This document shows positions 28,917 through 38,005 of a DNA stretch of 64,000 nucleotides, in pieces (the stretch's first letter is position 1; every line of letters begins with the position of its first letter). This DNA is from an uncultured Chlamydiales bacterium (GTDB taxonomy: Bacteria > Chlamydiota > Chlamydiia > Chlamydiales > JAAKFR01). The translations under genes and the position numbers were made by a program. The stretch is from assembly GCA_963699155.1 (NCBI GenBank), contig OY969414.1:192001-256000 (forward strand), written 5' to 3'. The notes beneath the pieces were generated by a model, which had not been told where the DNA came from, made no database searches, and saw only the letters and a program-made list of their open reading frames with translations.

Positions 28917-30461
28917 TTACCCCTCTCCTTTGTGGATAATAAATACATCCTCAACGCCGCTCTCCCCCAAACCAGCATTTTTACCTATGTCGGTGTTGTT
29001 TCCTAACCTGGGGAAAATAAACAGGTCCATCACCGTTACAATCTTTTCATTGAAGATGTTAGGATCTTTACACCGAATATCCTCTTTAGCGTCACGAAAG
29101 AGAATCTCTTCGATAGGGGTAAGAGATAGATCGTTGAACCTTTCATAAGGGATTTGCAAGGCAGTGTGTCGTGGAAATTCGTACAGCTGAATCCAGGGCT
29201 TCCCTTCCAGACACCAGTTTTGGGCAAGATTATAGTAGCGATAATTGCCCGGGATCTTTGAATTGTTTAAAAGGATGATCGTGCTCCCCTTGGGAATCTC
29301 GAGCGCTTCTTTTGAAAGCTTGCTAAACCCCCCATCGCGCTTTATCAGATGTTTCACGGTTACTTGTTCTGGAGAACAATCAATATTAAATAGATGCATG
29401 ATTGCCTGAATGGCAGGTAAATTAGCGCTAAAATCGGTTTGAAATACTTCTGTATTGCTCATATCTGCCAAGAGAATCCCTCGATTTCTGTTGACTTCCA
29501 ATGGGATCTTCGCCATCGACTTTATCACAAGTCCATTCGGATAGACTTTATCGCCTTGTTGACCTTCATCGGAATTCCTGCGATAGCGGTTCACAGGCAA
29601 AATTTTGCTCCTCTGTTGCAATGAGTCTATCTCCTCCTTTAGAGTGAGTCCCCTCACAACGACACTCATACGCTTGCCTTTTGCAGATCCAGGAGAGTGA
29701 ATTCCATCCATATCGATGGGTGCGAAAGGAGAATTTGGCACTAAGGTTGCTGCTCCAGGATATTGGGGAGGATTTTGGGGGCCGGAATAAATGGCAGGTT
29801 CTACATAAAAATTGCATGCCACTTCTTTGGGATAGAGGGTAAGAATAAATCGATCTTCAGAATGTTCATCTTGGATGATCGTGCCCGAAATGGTGCCCTG
29901 AGCCATACTCCAATCGATCAATGTTACATCTTGAACGAGATAATATTCTGGAATTGGAAGAGGGTGATTTTTCAAAAAGTCATATTGTTCAATGAATTGA
30001 TCCTGATGATATTTATTTGAATCAAAATTCATGATCAAACTCACATTCCTCGAAAAACCACCTTGAATGGTGATGCCCAAGCATTTCTCAGCAATACTTC
30101 TCACCCTCTCGGCATGTTTGTCTAAGATCAATTTACCCGCTAAGTCTGCATAAATTGGATTATCATATTCATCAAAACCAAGGGGTTCTCTATATTTTGT
30201 TGCCGCGGGAGTGATCTCATGAGTAGGAAAATTTAATTCACCCGAATTGGTACTCAAGGCCATATTTTCATTCACATCATGGATGACTGAGCGGGCAAGG
30301 TCATACTTATCTTGAGTCATGTAAAAAAAGAGCTTCATGTTGCCAAATTCTGCCATACAGATCTGTGATGATCCTAGACGACCTGGAATGATAGACTCAC
30401 TATCAGCAGATAAGAATGAACAACAGAAAAAAGCCAAATAGGTAAAGATAAATTGCATCAT
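28917..30461 (-). CDS. Uncharacterised exported BGC protein, paralogue 1 of 4 (2OG-Fe(II) oxygenase-like motifs)
   Basis: Signal peptide MMQFIFTYLAFFCCSFLSA; YHQD, TLIDW, GKRMSVVVRG, PWI, LTPIEEILFR shared with the other three. Confidence 0.75.
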   Translation of the reverse strand: MMQFIFTYLAFFCCSFLSADSESIIPGRLGSSQICMAEFGNMKLFFYMTQDKYDLARSVIHDVNENMALSTNSGELNFPTHEITPAATKYREPLGFDEYDNPIYADLAGKLILDKHAERVRSIAEKCLGITIQGGFSRNVSLIMNFDSNKYHQDQFIEQYDFLKNHPLPIPEYYLVQDVTLIDWSMAQGTISGTIIQDEHSEDRFILTLYPKEVACNFYVEPAIYSGPQNPPQYPGAATLVPNSPFAPIDMDGIHSPGSAKGKRMSVVVRGLTLKEEIDSLQQRSKILPVNRYRRNSDEGQQGDKVYPNGLVIKSMAKIPLEVNRNRGILLADMSNTEVFQTDFSANLPAIQAIMHLFNIDCSPEQVTVKHLIKRDGGFSKLSKEALEIPKGSTIILLNNSKIPGNYRYYNLAQNWCLEGKPWIQLYEFPRHTALQIPYERFNDLSLTPIEEILFRDAKEDIRCKDPNIFNEKIVTVMDLFIFPRLGNNTDIGKNAGLGESGVEDVFIIHKGEG

Positions 30462-30468
30462 AAGAAAC

Positions 30469-33171
30469 CTATGAAGTGCGATTAATAAGTTCATCTACAT
30501 CGCGGTTCAAAGAGGAGATGGCTCTATTCCACCGCGCTTCTTTATCCTGTATCCATTGAGCATATCGCTGCATCTCTTGTTGGCAAAGGGTGATTTGGTG
30601 AACCAAACTGGGACTTGCTGGACCCCCACCATATTTCAAACTCTGGGTAATCTCATGGATCAGGGCCTGATCATCTTGGAAACTTGAGGGATTGATGTAT
30701 TGAGCTAATGAGACAAAAGCATCTTCTTGCATCAGATGCGCTTTTCGGATCATCTCACCTACAGCTAAATGTGCCTCTCTAAAAGAGAATGATTCTTGTA
30801 TTCTCATTTGATTGGCCACAAAGGTGGCTATCGTTAACCCTTTTCTGCTCGCTGCAACCATGTTCTTTGGAATAGCTTGTGCATGAATGATTACAAGCAT
30901 CATTAAATCTATAACATCTAAACACTCTTGCGTCACCCATTCCAAGGTGTCATAACTCGCAGAAGATACTTCTATCGAATTTCCCATAGGTACTTTATGC
31001 ATTTTTGCATATGTCGTATGAAGATTGGTGATCACATCCATTGTTTTCGTCTTGACAATTTCCAAGAGATAGGGATTTTTCTTTTGTGGCATCATGGAAG
31101 AGGAGCCGCAGAGATCATCGGGTAATTCAAAAAAATGGCTCTCTTGCATTGTCCATAACTGATAATCTTGCGCCATTCTACTAAGCGTCGTACACAAATG
31201 GGCCAAAATCCCCTTGTAGCGTAATGCAAAATCCCGATTGACAATTGCATCAAAGGCATTTTCAAAAACAGTTTCGAAACCTAAAAGAGAAGCCACATAA
31301 CGAGAATCTATAGAGATATCTGTTCCACAACCTGCACCAGCACCCAAAGGGGAATAGTTCAAATGCTTTTCCACTTGGGTTAGATCCTCTAAATTTCTCA
31401 AGATGGATTGAAGCATCGCAAGTAGATAAAAGGCATAATTCCCTGGCATGGCTGGCTGGTGCTGGCTATAGATGGGCAGAGGTATTTGATCTGATTTTTT
31501 GGCTTGAGTAAGTAAAGCCTCAACCAAGCGAATCATGCTCCAAAATATCTTCTGAAAGGATTCTCTTGACAAGAGATAAAAGAGGGCAGCATTGATATCA
31601 TTTCTCGAGCGAGCAATATGATTATTTCCCGCAATTTCGATGCCCAATTTTCCCCTTAAATGAGCCTCATAGGCGTAGTAAGTACCGCGAGAAAAATCCA
31701 GTTGGTCAAAGAAGTGGGGGAGATCTGTCTCAAAGGCACGTATCGCCTTAAGCAACAAAATGGCACTCTCAGGATGGAGTATCTGTTGTTTGTGTAGCAT
31801 TAAGATGTGAGCCATATCGATAGATGCAATACGCCTTAGCTCTTCATAACTAAAAGCCTCACTTTTCGATTTTTTAAGGAGTTGTTGCAAGAGGGGATGG
31901 GGCCCCTCTGATAACCTTCCTCGACTTGCAGATGGACTTTTAGGCTCTATCTTGACGTAGAAATGCTGCATGGCCTGATCGGCAGCTTGTTGAGATAAGA
32001 AAGAGTTAGGGGCTCGGGTAATCAAACAGCCAAATCGATCACGAAAATCGTGATGAACCGTGATATGATCTCCCACCTTTTTATTCAAATGGACTTCAAT
32101 AACCTCGCTGCTTTTCTTTAGGACGCTTTCAGAAACAAGATCGACAATTTGCCCACTCTGTTCAGCTAGGAAAAAGCGGATCGATGCACCTTGATACTTT
32201 AATGATGGAAGGTCGACTTTTTCCCCCGCATAAAGCTTCAGAATCGTTTCATAGATATCGACTTGGCAAGCGTAGCTGATGAGTTGAGGGATCATTCCAC
32301 CGGCTAGGCGAGGGTTGATCTCTATCAAAAGGAGATCTGACTCATGGAGTTTAAATTCAATATGAACGGGTCCAAAGCTAAACTGGAAAAATTTCAAAAC
32401 ACTTTTCAGGGAACCTTCTATTTTAAGCTGTAAATCTTGAGGGATCAGTGCAGGAAAATCGTGGCCTGTTTCTATAAAATATGCGGTATCAGTCGTATGC
32501 TTTCCTGTGATGCCAAGGAAGTGATATTCATTTCCACGGACGACTATTTCCGCCGAATATTCGGCGCCTGGGATATATCTTTGAATTAAGACACCTTGTT
32601 CTGCTTTCCCCCCACGCTCATTCGTCGTGATAGCTAGTAATTGTTCCACATGCTGCACTAATTCACCCAAGTGAGCGCAACGCTTCACTCCTATACTTCC
32701 TGTTCCTGCAACCGGCTTTACAACTAAGGGAAAGGTAAATTCATGACGCTGTCGAATAAGATGGTCAAGATTCTCTACAAACCAAGTTTTTGGGATCAAG
32801 AAGGGAGTCTTAGCCAGTTTCTCATAAAACACTTTCTTGTTTCTACAATCTGAAATTGCACTCACAAGATTGCCAGGAAGGCCTAAATCTTTGGCTACTG
32901 CAGCCGTCATCTCAATGAAATATTCAGAAGTAGAAAAAAGGGCTACCAAGGATGGTGAATACATTTTCAAAGTCTCTGATAGGGCCCTGAGGTCTTGTGT
33001 GTCTACGAGAATAATCTCAGCGTTCACTCTTGATAAAAATGAATATCGCTCGGGGTTAGATGTCAAAAAAAGAGCTCTGTAGCCTAATTGAAGGGCTTTC
33101 TCTAGGAAGAGCAACCCAGTACCAGTGGTATTACTTTCGATGAAGCCAATAATCTTTTTTGTCACTTGCAA
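30469..33171 (-). CDS. ATP-grasp ligase - argininosuccinate lyase-like fusion
   Basis: N-terminal IESNTTGTG, VVKPVAGTGSIGV, EINPRLAGG; C-terminal ARSRND and GSSSMMPQKKNP fumarase/ASL signature. Confidence 0.88.
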   Translation of the reverse strand: MQVTKKIIGFIESNTTGTGLLFLEKALQLGYRALFLTSNPERYSFLSRVNAEIILVDTQDLRALSETLKMYSPSLVALFSTSEYFIEMTAAVAKDLGLPGNLVSAISDCRNKKVFYEKLAKTPFLIPKTWFVENLDHLIRQRHEFTFPLVVKPVAGTGSIGVKRCAHLGELVQHVEQLLAITTNERGGKAEQGVLIQRYIPGAEYSAEIVVRGNEYHFLGITGKHTTDTAYFIETGHDFPALIPQDLQLKIEGSLKSVLKFFQFSFGPVHIEFKLHESDLLLIEINPRLAGGMIPQLISYACQVDIYETILKLYAGEKVDLPSLKYQGASIRFFLAEQSGQIVDLVSESVLKKSSEVIEVHLNKKVGDHITVHHDFRDRFGCLITRAPNSFLSQQAADQAMQHFYVKIEPKSPSASRGRLSEGPHPLLQQLLKKSKSEAFSYEELRRIASIDMAHILMLHKQQILHPESAILLLKAIRAFETDLPHFFDQLDFSRGTYYAYEAHLRGKLGIEIAGNNHIARSRNDINAALFYLLSRESFQKIFWSMIRLVEALLTQAKKSDQIPLPIYSQHQPAMPGNYAFYLLAMLQSILRNLEDLTQVEKHLNYSPLGAGAGCGTDISIDSRYVASLLGFETVFENAFDAIVNRDFALRYKGILAHLCTTLSRMAQDYQLWTMQESHFFELPDDLCGSSSMMPQKKNPYLLEIVKTKTMDVITNLHTTYAKMHKVPMGNSIEVSSASYDTLEWVTQECLDVIDLMMLVIIHAQAIPKNMVAASRKGLTIATFVANQMRIQESFSFREAHLAVGEMIRKAHLMQEDAFVSLAQYINPSSFQDDQALIHEITQSLKYGGGPASPSLVHQITLCQQEMQRYAQWIQDKEARWNRAISSLNRDVDELINRTS

Positions 33172-34214
33172 GACCCTAATACATGATCTAAAGATGATCT
33201 ATTCCAATCCAAATAGGCCCAGTCAAATGAGCCTTGGTTAATCTCCTTAAGTGAAGAAACTTTGATAGGGCTATCTACTCGCTGCATAAAGCCTTGAGTT
33301 CTCATCCACTCATCATTATAGATTGTAGAGGTGTAACGATATCCTTTATCAGGTGAGATAAAGACAACTTTCTTCTTAGGGTATTGCTTGGCAATCCACT
33401 GAGCCACTTGATAGCAGGCTCCAGTGGTCGGCCCTACATATGATCCAAAAACGGAATAGAATTCTTGTGTCAGATGGAAAGCTTGCGAGGCCGATACCCA
33501 ATGAATTTGATCGAATAGAGAGTGGATCAAATTTTTGGGCAAAATAGAGTTTCCAAGCCCTCTCAGGGCTCTTTTTCTATTTTGTAATCCAAAAAGAATA
33601 CTTCCAAAAGTATCGACACCGATAAGAGGGATAGAGGGATTATATTTTCTGAGATGCATCATCGTCCCGCACGAAGAACTTCCCGAACCGACAGAAGCGA
33701 TTAAAATCAACTCCTCACCTAAACTCTGGATGAGTTGCTCAGCAAAATCAGAATAAGCATAGAGATGATCAGGGTTATCATACTGTTGGGGCCAAAAGGC
33801 ATGGGGATGTTGAGATAAAAACTCTTTGAGGGCGTTTAAACGAGCAACCTGATGAGCTCCCTGTGGATCCTCAACGATTTGGACTTCACATTTTAAATGC
33901 TTGAGCTGTAGAAAGAGATCCTGATCAATGACAGGATCGCTCACGATATAACAAGATAGCCCCAATTCTACACACATCAATGACAAACCGAGAGCATAAG
34001 TGCCGCTTGAGGTCTCGACAACTATATCCCCTTTTTTTATCAGCTTTTCTCGTACAGCTTTCTCAAGCACATATTTTGCCGGTAAGAGTTTCATCAGAGG
34101 GAATGAAGCAATAATGAGATTTTTCCCAACTTGAACCAATGTTGGAAGGCGAATCGAATCTGAATGACTGTTAAAAACATCCTTGTGAATATCACAGCAT
34201 GTAGAAATACTCAT
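33162..34214 (-). CDS. PLP-dependent cysteine synthase/SbnA-like beta-replacement enzyme
   Basis: FPLMKLLPA (PLP Lys), ETSSGT, QQYDNP, VGSGSS, GLGNS. Confidence 0.85.
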   Translation of the reverse strand: MSISTCCDIHKDVFNSHSDSIRLPTLVQVGKNLIIASFPLMKLLPAKYVLEKAVREKLIKKGDIVVETSSGTYALGLSLMCVELGLSCYIVSDPVIDQDLFLQLKHLKCEVQIVEDPQGAHQVARLNALKEFLSQHPHAFWPQQYDNPDHLYAYSDFAEQLIQSLGEELILIASVGSGSSSCGTMMHLRKYNPSIPLIGVDTFGSILFGLQNRKRALRGLGNSILPKNLIHSLFDQIHWVSASQAFHLTQEFYSVFGSYVGPTTGACYQVAQWIAKQYPKKKVVFISPDKGYRYTSTIYNDEWMRTQGFMQRVDSPIKVSSLKEINQGSFDWAYLDWNRSSLDHVLGSCK

Positions 34215-35157
34215 AGAGGTGGCCCATATTATCCAAAACTTTTTTCAAATTGCTTAATTGATGATGGAAAGTGTTCGACTGCATATCAATCATAAATCCC
34301 AAATAGGTACCGCTATGGGCTACAATGATCCCTGGCAAACTTAACTCATCCACAAGCTCCAGAAAGATGTCTAAAAGAGATTTTGGGTTAAATTGTTGAT
34401 TAAGTTTGCTGCTTTGAGTGGCAACATGTCCTAAAAGGGCAATATCATTTTTACGAATCGCTGCCTCAACCATATCGTGAAGATTATCATACTCTTCTTT
34501 CATCTTCTGAGTATATGTGCGCTTGATCTGATTATATTGAACAGTATCCACCTCTCCACCCTCGTCAACTGCTACAATCAAAATTCCCCGAAGGTGCCCC
34601 AATGATTTTTTCAGCCTCACTTCTCGATAATAGTAGGAGACAATACCTGGATGCATCACCCCATCTGAAGGCTCTATCCCTCTCATCATCTCTTCGATCA
34701 TCTCTGGTGTCAAATTCAGAGCAAAGACCTCACTCAAAACTTTAGCCGAAGCAACTAGATCGGCTGAAGAGCTGCCCAAACCTTTTCCGATAGGAAAATG
34801 AGTCTGAATCGAAAGGATACCCCCTCTTTGCAAGTCATGTTCTTCGAAAATTTTATTCACTAACAGCTGTGATTTGTACTTTGCTCGATTGGAGACTTGT
34901 ATACCATTAATCATTGGATCGAAGACAAAGTTTACTTCAGAATAAACATTAATCGGAGATGTCACAAGAAAGGCTCTCTCATCCGTTCCAATACCTTGTA
35001 AAAATTCCCCGAAAACACCATTACAGCTGGCTTTGAAAATTTTTATATCCGTGACATCTTCAAAAACTAGACTACCCCGATCCACATGATTTCCTATCAG
35101 CTTAGCATCATCAAAAAAATCGAAAGGTAGCTTATTAATTTTTAGTTTTGCAAACAA
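34192..35157 (-). CDS. GHMP kinase, PduX/L-threonine kinase-like
   Basis: GVFGEFLQG, PIGKGLGSSSAD, IEPSDG, AHSGT. Confidence 0.85.
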   Translation of the reverse strand: MFAKLKINKLPFDFFDDAKLIGNHVDRGSLVFEDVTDIKIFKASCNGVFGEFLQGIGTDERAFLVTSPINVYSEVNFVFDPMINGIQVSNRAKYKSQLLVNKIFEEHDLQRGGILSIQTHFPIGKGLGSSSADLVASAKVLSEVFALNLTPEMIEEMMRGIEPSDGVMHPGIVSYYYREVRLKKSLGHLRGILIVAVDEGGEVDTVQYNQIKRTYTQKMKEEYDNLHDMVEAAIRKNDIALLGHVATQSSKLNQQFNPKSLLDIFLELVDELSLPGIIVAHSGTYLGFMIDMQSNTFHHQLSNLKKVLDNMGHLYEYFYML

Positions 35158-35219
35158 CGGTTTTAAATATCCGCCAAATGGTTGTGAGGAAAAATTTGGT
35201 TTGTTAGACTTGGTTCATT

Positions 35220-36686
35220 ATGAAAAATTTTAGAACCTTTTCTTTGACTCTTTTTATACCCTTTTTTGGCTGTTTGAGTCAGATGGGTTTTACACAAAAT
35301 CAAAGTTCTACTCTCCCTGGGAGAATAGGAACAAAAGAGATTTATTACACGCAACTTGGAAAAGCCAAGATCTTCTTTTATATGACTCCTGAGAAACATG
35401 CTTTAGCTCGTCAGCTTGTAAATGATGTGAACGAAAAGATGGTCCTAACGATGGATGTGACCTCTCCTCCCTGCCCTATCAATGAGGTCTCAGCGATGAC
35501 GACCAAATTTCCTGATCCTATCTCTTACAACCAAGAGGGGAACCCTATCTATGCCGACCCTATAGGACACGAATTATTTAAACAATATGCCGATAAAGTA
35601 AAAATGATCGCAGAAAACTGCTTTGGGATTGCTATCGCAGGGGTTTCTCGCGATATGAGCCTCATCGCAAACCATGATGCCTTAAAAATGCATCAAGATC
35701 ATTTTACACACCAATATGACTATTTGAGCCAACTTCCCCTTCCCATTCCTCGGTATTATCTATTCCAAGACCTGACATTGATCGATTGGCAGATGGCACA
35801 GGGGACCTTTTCAGCAACTATGGTTCAAGATGGTCAGCAAGGGGATCGCTTTTTGATGTTGTTGCTACCCACTGAAGTTGTCGGTACAGTCTACACCGAA
35901 CCGATGGTCTATAATGGACCAAATAGTGCGCCTACCTATCCTGGAGCTATTACACTTCCCCCACACACAGTGATCGCACCGATTGAATTAGACGCTAACT
36001 GGACTGTGGGCTCATGGAAAGGAAAAAGGATCAGTACCAGCATGCGTGGTGTGGTTAAGGAAGAAGAGATCGACAAACTATGTAAGAGGGCAATCTATCT
36101 TCCTGTGGACCGCCCGAAGCTGGTACATGATGGTAAAGGAAGAGAGATCTATCAATATCCCAACGGCTCCTGGTTGGGCCATTTTTCTGTTTCACTTCCC
36201 TTATGGGAAAAGAGTTCTGTCTTACGGCTGCCTGATCAAGACAACACGACGGTTTTTAAAAGAGAAGGTTTAGCCAATCGGAATCCTTATGCCTCACTAC
36301 TAGAAGAGTTGGGCATCAACGGGAATCTCACTCAAGCGTTCCACCTTATTAAACGAGATTCCGGTTTGAGTCGATTTGAAAAAATGAATTTAGCCATACC
36401 CGAGAGTGCTCAAGTCGTATTGATCAATCGTTCTCGACTACCTGCAGGCTATCTGCCTTATACCCTATCCGAAGATTGTACACAGGAGGGAAAACCCTGG
36501 ATCCATATGTGTTATTTTCCTATGAATATGGCGATGGTGCTTTCTGGAGCAAGTTTAAAGAAAATGGCACTCACACCCGTTGAAGAGATCCTTTTTAGAG
36601 ATCATAAACTCGATGAGTTGTGTGATGTAGAATCTAAACTCGTTCCCAAACTCATCTCCGAAATAGATATTTTGGTGGTGGAGTAG
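35220..36686 (+). CDS. Uncharacterised exported BGC protein, paralogue 2 of 4
   Basis: Signal peptide; MHQD...TLIDW...PPHTV...GKRISTSMRG. Confidence 0.78.
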   Translation: MKNFRTFSLTLFIPFFGCLSQMGFTQNQSSTLPGRIGTKEIYYTQLGKAKIFFYMTPEKHALARQLVNDVNEKMVLTMDVTSPPCPINEVSAMTTKFPDPISYNQEGNPIYADPIGHELFKQYADKVKMIAENCFGIAIAGVSRDMSLIANHDALKMHQDHFTHQYDYLSQLPLPIPRYYLFQDLTLIDWQMAQGTFSATMVQDGQQGDRFLMLLLPTEVVGTVYTEPMVYNGPNSAPTYPGAITLPPHTVIAPIELDANWTVGSWKGKRISTSMRGVVKEEEIDKLCKRAIYLPVDRPKLVHDGKGREIYQYPNGSWLGHFSVSLPLWEKSSVLRLPDQDNTTVFKREGLANRNPYASLLEELGINGNLTQAFHLIKRDSGLSRFEKMNLAIPESAQVVLINRSRLPAGYLPYTLSEDCTQEGKPWIHMCYFPMNMAMVLSGASLKKMALTPVEEILFRDHKLDELCDVESKLVPKLISEIDILVVE

Positions 36687-37444
36687 CTTACATCGATACA
36701 AAAAAGATCGACTACTTGAGGCGTTGGGCTGATATAAACAAGTCCGATGGCATGTCCTTCAGGCCCATTGAGAGGAACAAAATGACAGGTTCTCTCTTTT
36801 GCAATTGTCAATCGATTCTCTTCCCATACAACATTTTGCAAGAAATCGATACCATTTCCAAGTCCCATTCCTAAACTTTTGATGGTAGATTCTTTGCGTA
36901 CCCAGCACTGAAAAAATTCCCGCCGTTTCGCCTCTTCGCTCTTCTGTTCATAGATCGATTTTTTTTCATCAGGTGAAAAGTAGTGTTGGATAAGTGGTCG
37001 AAAGTCGATATCCCTGATCTCTTCGATATCGACACCCACATTAACCTCTAGCGACAATGCAATACTCAGATAATTGCAGGTATGTGAAAGGTTGAAATAG
37101 ATTCCCCACTTGGGCCCAAGTTGGGGTTTGCCATAGGGTGTATAGTGGAAGTTAAGGGATTGAGGTGATACAGATAAATATCTACCAAGTAGCTGTCTCA
37201 AACTCCCCCTACAAAAGATATATCTCCATTGATCTTCTGGCTTGACGAATTCCCTTCCCCGCTTTTTCTCATCGGGAGATAAATAGCCCCATAAGCAGCT
37301 TTCGACTCGAATATGCGAAGAAGGAATAGGGAAGAGAAAAACAGCAATTTGATTGGGCAACAATCTCTTTGGGAAATCGTCTCTACTTAGTAACCCATTT
37401 TCCATAAGATTAAGCAGATGGGCAATAAAATAGAAAAAATACAA
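36602..37444 (-). CDS. Sfp-type 4'-phosphopantetheinyl transferase (start uncertain)
   Basis: YGKP, FNLSHT, VGVDIE, WVRKES. Confidence 0.92.
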   Translation of the reverse strand: MYFFYFIAHLLNLMENGLLSRDDFPKRLLPNQIAVFLFPIPSSHIRVESCLWGYLSPDEKKRGREFVKPEDQWRYIFCRGSLRQLLGRYLSVSPQSLNFHYTPYGKPQLGPKWGIYFNLSHTCNYLSIALSLEVNVGVDIEEIRDIDFRPLIQHYFSPDEKKSIYEQKSEEAKRREFFQCWVRKESTIKSLGMGLGNGIDFLQNVVWEENRLTIAKERTCHFVPLNGPEGHAIGLVYISPTPQVVDLFCIDVSYSTTKISISEMSLGTSLDSTSHNSSSL

Positions 37445-37938
37445 TCGATCCTCATCCCTCGTTGCAGGGAGGCATGGAGACAGTAGGCGGGATCTTTTTT
37501 CAGTTGTTTGACCAACATGAGGCTACCTAATTCTGAAAAAAACCAGCAAAAAGAGACTCCTATGACAGTTGCAGTCCAAAAATCCCCCTGAATCCAATTG
37601 CAGAGGATACCTAAGAGGGCAAAAGCTCCTTCTGTGGCAGCCGCTTCCCTCTGAAATGATGTTTTAGAAGGCCACCCATAACTTTCAGCGATCTGTTCAG
37701 CGAAAGGAGAGACCCAATTTGCGATGAATGCAACAAAACCTCTCACTCCAATATTCCAGGTTAAGAATGATTTCAAAAAGGCTTCACACAATGGGGAAGA
37801 ATGGACAATGACCTTATACCCACAACTGATCAAAGTAATGGCCAGGAAAATCAACGTATAATGATTGATGAGGTAACCCAAAAGCGAGTTCGATTGTGTG
37901 ACTGCTGCATCTTTTGGGTTTTCGTAATGTGTCTCCAT
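37387..37938 (-). CDS. Membrane protein, DUF6790-like
   Basis: Several TM segments; IAESYGWP..SFQRE motif. Confidence 0.55.
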   Translation of the reverse strand: METHYENPKDAAVTQSNSLLGYLINHYTLIFLAITLISCGYKVIVHSSPLCEAFLKSFLTWNIGVRGFVAFIANWVSPFAEQIAESYGWPSKTSFQREAAATEGAFALLGILCNWIQGDFWTATVIGVSFCWFFSELGSLMLVKQLKKDPAYCLHASLQRGMRIDCIFSILLPICLILWKMGY

Positions 37939-37969
37939 ATAAAGAATCTCAGCGTTTAATATGAGGATC

Positions 37970-37997
37970 TTGCCAAAATGATATTTTTACATATACT
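37970..37997 (+). promoter_or_regulatory. Possible sigma66 promoter of the KS-peptidase-NRPS operon
   Basis: TTGCCA-N16-TATACT, ending 8 nt before the ATG at 38006. Confidence 0.35.
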
Positions 37998-38005
37998 TTT
38001 TTCCT

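Noticed and set aside
33162..34214. Staphyloferrin-type SbnA/SbnB siderophore pathway or housekeeping cysK
   Set aside because: No SbnB/ornithine cyclodeaminase or NIS synthetase is present; the partners are a kinase and a lyase fusion.
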